A DNA stretch of 64,000 nt from an uncultured archaeon (GTDB lineage: Archaea; Asgardarchaeota; Lokiarchaeia; Sigyniarchaeales; SOKP01): assembly GCA_964486045.1 (NCBI GenBank), contig CAZALK010000001.1:872242-936241 (forward strand). The letters are read 5' to 3'. Position numbers and translations under genes: made by a program. Of this stretch, positions 60,584 through 64,000 are shown one piece after another (within the stretch, counting starts at the first letter, position 1; each line of letters starts with the position of its first letter). The notes beneath the pieces are model-generated. The model searched no databases and was not told the DNA's origin. It saw nothing but the letters and a program-made list of their open reading frames with translations.

Positions 60584-61416
60584 ATGAGATATTATGATGA
60601 GATTAATAAAAGGCTACTTTACTTTAGAAAAAAAGTAGATGGAAAAGACTTATGGGATAATCATTGGTTAAAAACTTTAAATGAAGACAGAAAATTAATA
60701 TATTCTTATAAGCCAAAATCTTTGGTTTGTAAAATAACTTCTAAATTTTTGACTCCCAGAGATGGACCTATACTTGAAGGTGGGTGTGGATTAGGATATA
60801 ATGTATATCACTTAAGTAAACTGAATTATAAAATTATTGGTGTTGATAACGCTAATAAAACTATAGAATTAATTAAAAAACAGAATCCCGAATTAAATTT
60901 TCAATTTGGGGATGTAAGAAAATTATCATATCAAAAAAATTATTTTGCAGGATACTGGTCATTAGGTGTAATAGAGCATTTTTTTGATGGCTTTTCTCAA
61001 ATCGCTTTAGAAATGAAGAGGGTTATAAAACCAAACGGTTTTTTATTTCTTACATTTCCATATATGTCGCCGTTTAGGAAATTGAAAGTAAAGTTTCACT
61101 TCTTCAAAATATTTAATAATACATATTACGAAAAATTCAAAAAACTAAGAATTTCTATCAGTTTATTCTTAATAAGAAAAATATTGTTGAGATTTTTGAA
61201 AAAATTGGCTTCATTCATAAATATACATCCAAGGAGGGGGGCATAAAAGGATTTAAAGATGAAATCTTCTTTTTAAAATTTTTTCTGAAAAGATTTTTTC
61301 AATTGCTCTATAAAGCCAATAAACCAAAAATAGTCAATAAAATAAAGAGATTAATAGATAAGGTTTTTAGCAAATTTACAGCTCATACCATTGTTTTAGT
61401 ATTTCAAAAGGCTTAA
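60584..61416 (+). pseudogene. Class I SAM-dependent methyltransferase with a frameshift near 61131-61145
   Basis: LEGGCGLG and YWSLGVIEHF lie in the annotated frame. The -1 frame from 61141 is open for 91 codons (KTKNFYQFILNKK...GGIKGFKDEI...AHTIVLVFQKA*) to TAA 61414-61416. Confidence 0.75.
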
Positions 61417-61488
61417 ATTTTACAATAAAAAAAACTATTATAATTAACACCTATAAAATTCATAAATTAGCTGATTTAAACTAATAAT

Positions 61489-63144
61489 ATGGCAATAAGA
61501 GATCTTACAGACAACAAAAATTATTTTGAGAAATTACCAAATATCGTGCTTATATCATGGCATTATGATAACGAATCTATTGGTCCCTATCCTTATTGTG
61601 GGAGACGTGAAATAATCTGCGGACCTAACCTGCAAAATAGAGATTCTAAAGAAAGAAAATTTATTCGTACAAGTGGACGTTTTTTTGATATAGATGAAGT
61701 GCTTTCACAGCTAAATGAAAATGATCAAAAAATTGATTTAATTGTTTCTATCCTTGAAAGTAGCAATAAAATCAGTTTTCCAAAAAATTTATCTAAAATA
61801 AAATGTCCTAAACTTGCTTTAGTTACTGACACACATCATTCAATGTACCCTATAAGTTCAGTAATTCGTTACATAAAACGCGAAAAATTTGAACATATGC
61901 TTATTTTTGCACAACCAGCTCACTTACATTTTTTTTATGAAGCAAGTATTAAACATTGTGCATATATTCCACGGCCTGTACTGAAGCTCGAAACAGTGGA
62001 TAATAAAAAACCTTGGGTAACATTCATTGGAAAAAGGTGGAAATCCTCACATCCACGTCGCAGTAGGATGTTACAATTTTTAGAAAAAAAGTTGCCCAAG
62101 AAAAATATCCCATTTCATAGATATAACCGTCTTTCCAAACCAAATTGGAGAAAAGTTTTAACCCATTCAAAAATAGTTGTTGTTAGTAGTTTAAATGGAC
62201 AAATAACTCCTCAAATATATAGTGCCCTTTGTGCTGGAGCATTATGTCTCGCTGACGAATTAAGTTCACAAACATCCCTTTATCGATTTTTTGAACCTGG
62301 AAAACATTTCGTTGAATGGAATAGTTTTGAAGATTTGCTAGAAAAAATTATTTATTATTATAATCATCCTGGCGAAGCAGAAGCAATTGCTAAAGCAGGG
62401 AATCTCCAAGCTGAAAATATATACATAAGTTATGAAAGTTTTCCACATTTTGTTTCAGAATTTGTTTTTGAAAATAAAATTGATGAATGTTTATTAGCTA
62501 TAAAAGATCATCGATGTCAGGAAAATAGTAATGAAGCACGGGAATATTTTAATGCAAGAGTAAGGTTATATGAAAATATTCAAGAATTGCACCGTATTCA
62601 CGAATCTTTGAGGTTAATTTCGATGACAGATAAAAATCTTAAACCATCCGCAGATTTAGCTGATTTACAAAGATTAAAAATAACTCATACTTTTATTTCT
62701 GATATTTCAAAAAAAGAAGCTGACTTTTACTTTGAGAGTGTTGGAGTGAGTCATCAAATAAAAACAATTATGATAAATAAAATACAAAAATATCGTTCAT
62801 TTGATATTGGAATTTTAGAAACCCCAACAAACCAAGCTGTTTGGAAATTTCTGGTGAATAATATTTCGAGTCTACTTAAATTGAATTCATTATTATGGGT
62901 GTTAGGCAAACTAACATCTAATGATAAAGAGATTTTAAAAGGAGAAGGTTTTAAACCTTATTTCTTGAATAAAACTTCAGCAATGTCAACAATTAGAGAA
63001 AAGAGTAAAAAGCTATGTTTTTTGTTTTGGAAAATGGGGATGTATCCTTTCCCATACTTAACATTAAAACCAACTATGGAAACAACTACTAATCTAAATG
63101 TATTTCTACGAGGTTGGCAGTCTAATTTATCATTTATATATTAG
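61489..63144 (+). CDS. Glycosyltransferase (CgeB/Glyco_trans_1_2-like) with C-terminal extension
   Basis: VTDTHH, FIG...HPRR, SLNGQITPQIYSALCAG, FEPGKHFVEW...EKIIYY...AEAIAKAG. Confidence 0.7.
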   Translation: MAIRDLTDNKNYFEKLPNIVLISWHYDNESIGPYPYCGRREIICGPNLQNRDSKERKFIRTSGRFFDIDEVLSQLNENDQKIDLIVSILESSNKISFPKNLSKIKCPKLALVTDTHHSMYPISSVIRYIKREKFEHMLIFAQPAHLHFFYEASIKHCAYIPRPVLKLETVDNKKPWVTFIGKRWKSSHPRRSRMLQFLEKKLPKKNIPFHRYNRLSKPNWRKVLTHSKIVVVSSLNGQITPQIYSALCAGALCLADELSSQTSLYRFFEPGKHFVEWNSFEDLLEKIIYYYNHPGEAEAIAKAGNLQAENIYISYESFPHFVSEFVFENKIDECLLAIKDHRCQENSNEAREYFNARVRLYENIQELHRIHESLRLISMTDKNLKPSADLADLQRLKITHTFISDISKKEADFYFESVGVSHQIKTIMINKIQKYRSFDIGILETPTNQAVWKFLVNNISSLLKLNSLLWVLGKLTSNDKEILKGEGFKPYFLNKTSAMSTIREKSKKLCFLFWKMGMYPFPYLTLKPTMETTTNLNVFLRGWQSNLSFIY

Positions 63145-63244
63145 AATTACTCAAAGTCTTTCGTAACTATAATTTTAAACTCTCAAAGGTATTCGAATTT
63201 AAGTTTAGGAAATGAGTCAGGAGTGTAACACTCATAATTAATAT

Positions 63245-63982
63245 TCATAGATAAATCACGCCTATTCCAGCCCAATTTTGGTTTACGTCTTTGATGATCT
63301 CAACAGAATCGTACTCATTTTTTATTTCATTCCAAAACTTACTAACCTCACATTCATGCTTGGGGGAAATCTCAACTATATCATGCAATGCAATAATACC
63401 TCCTTCTTTAACTAAACCCAAGTACATGTTGAAGTCTCTTTTAACACCTTCATAGGTGTGATCTCCATCGATAAATAGAAAATCAACCATTCTACCATCA
63501 AGAACGATCTTAGCGAGTTCAAGCGTTTTCTGATTATGAGAATCGGCTCTTAATAAATCGATTTTTTGTCTCCTTTTCGCAAAAGATTGATAGAGAGGGA
63601 CCTTCCATTTGGTATAACCTCCTCCAAAAGGTCCTCCTGGAAGATCTATACTTATTAGATTGGCTTCGGGATGGGCTATTTTTGTAAAAAGAAAAAAGGT
63701 TCCTCCCCCAGCTGTTCCTATTTCCAAGATTGTTTTAGGTTTTAATTCTTTAAGAATTTCAAGGAGTTTAGTTATCTCATATTTAACTTGACACGTTCTA
63801 ATAGTAAAACCAAGATATTGAAAAGAGAAAGCAAACTGAATAATATCCTTAATATCATTAATTTTCTTGATTTCTTTATTTAAAAACTTTCCTTTATTCA
63901 ATTTTAAAACGATTATTGGACTAAGTAATTTCATCACTTTAGAATAAATGTAAAATGCCGATTTCTTAAGAACTGGGGGCAT
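63245..63982 (-). CDS. Class I SAM-dependent methyltransferase (Methyltransf_24-like)
   Basis: ILEIGTAGGGT, ISIDLP, DFLFIDGDHTYEGVKRDF, GGIIALHDI. Confidence 0.9.
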   Translation of the reverse strand: MPPVLKKSAFYIYSKVMKLLSPIIVLKLNKGKFLNKEIKKINDIKDIIQFAFSFQYLGFTIRTCQVKYEITKLLEILKELKPKTILEIGTAGGGTFFLFTKIAHPEANLISIDLPGGPFGGGYTKWKVPLYQSFAKRRQKIDLLRADSHNQKTLELAKIVLDGRMVDFLFIDGDHTYEGVKRDFNMYLGLVKEGGIIALHDIVEISPKHECEVSKFWNEIKNEYDSVEIIKDVNQNWAGIGVIYL

Positions 63983-64000
63983 TATCCTATATAGCTGTAA

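Noticed and set aside
63212-63235. Palindrome GAGTGTAACACTC and ATGAGT...ACTCAT between convergent genes
   Set aside because: Single short instance without a U-tract; cannot be supported as a terminator or operator.

Overview
Very AT-rich (roughly 25-30% GC by eye), gene-dense archaeal window. It most likely comes from an Asgard archaeon of the Lokiarchaeia type; this is inferred from an archaeal/eukaryote-type IleRS and a multi-UEV + RING ubiquitin-system protein. Almost the whole window is a surface-glycan biosynthesis region. It encodes two Wzx-like flippases, six GT4 glycosyltransferases, two other likely GT-B enzymes, a GT-C/AglB-like membrane protein, an AsnB amidotransferase, nine class I SAM methyltransferases, three radical SAM enzymes and rmlACBD. 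It also has a heptose operon (hddA, gmhA, gmhB, degenerate RfaE-type kinase) interleaved with its own non-oxidative pentose-phosphate genes (rpe, transaldolase, split transketolase), and a pseudaminic-acid-type nonulosonate pathway with deacetylase/formyltransferase tailoring genes. The most striking gene is a 557-aa protein with four catalytically dead E2-like (UEV/RWD) repeats and a C-terminal FANCL-like RING finger, directly upstream of ileS. Reading outside the ORF track revealed a partial membrane-protein gene at the left edge, two unannotated gene relics (an internally deleted epimerase and a decayed pseC 3' end), a premature stop, a frameshift and an apparent ATA start codon. No tRNA, rRNA, CRISPR array or transposase was recognised.
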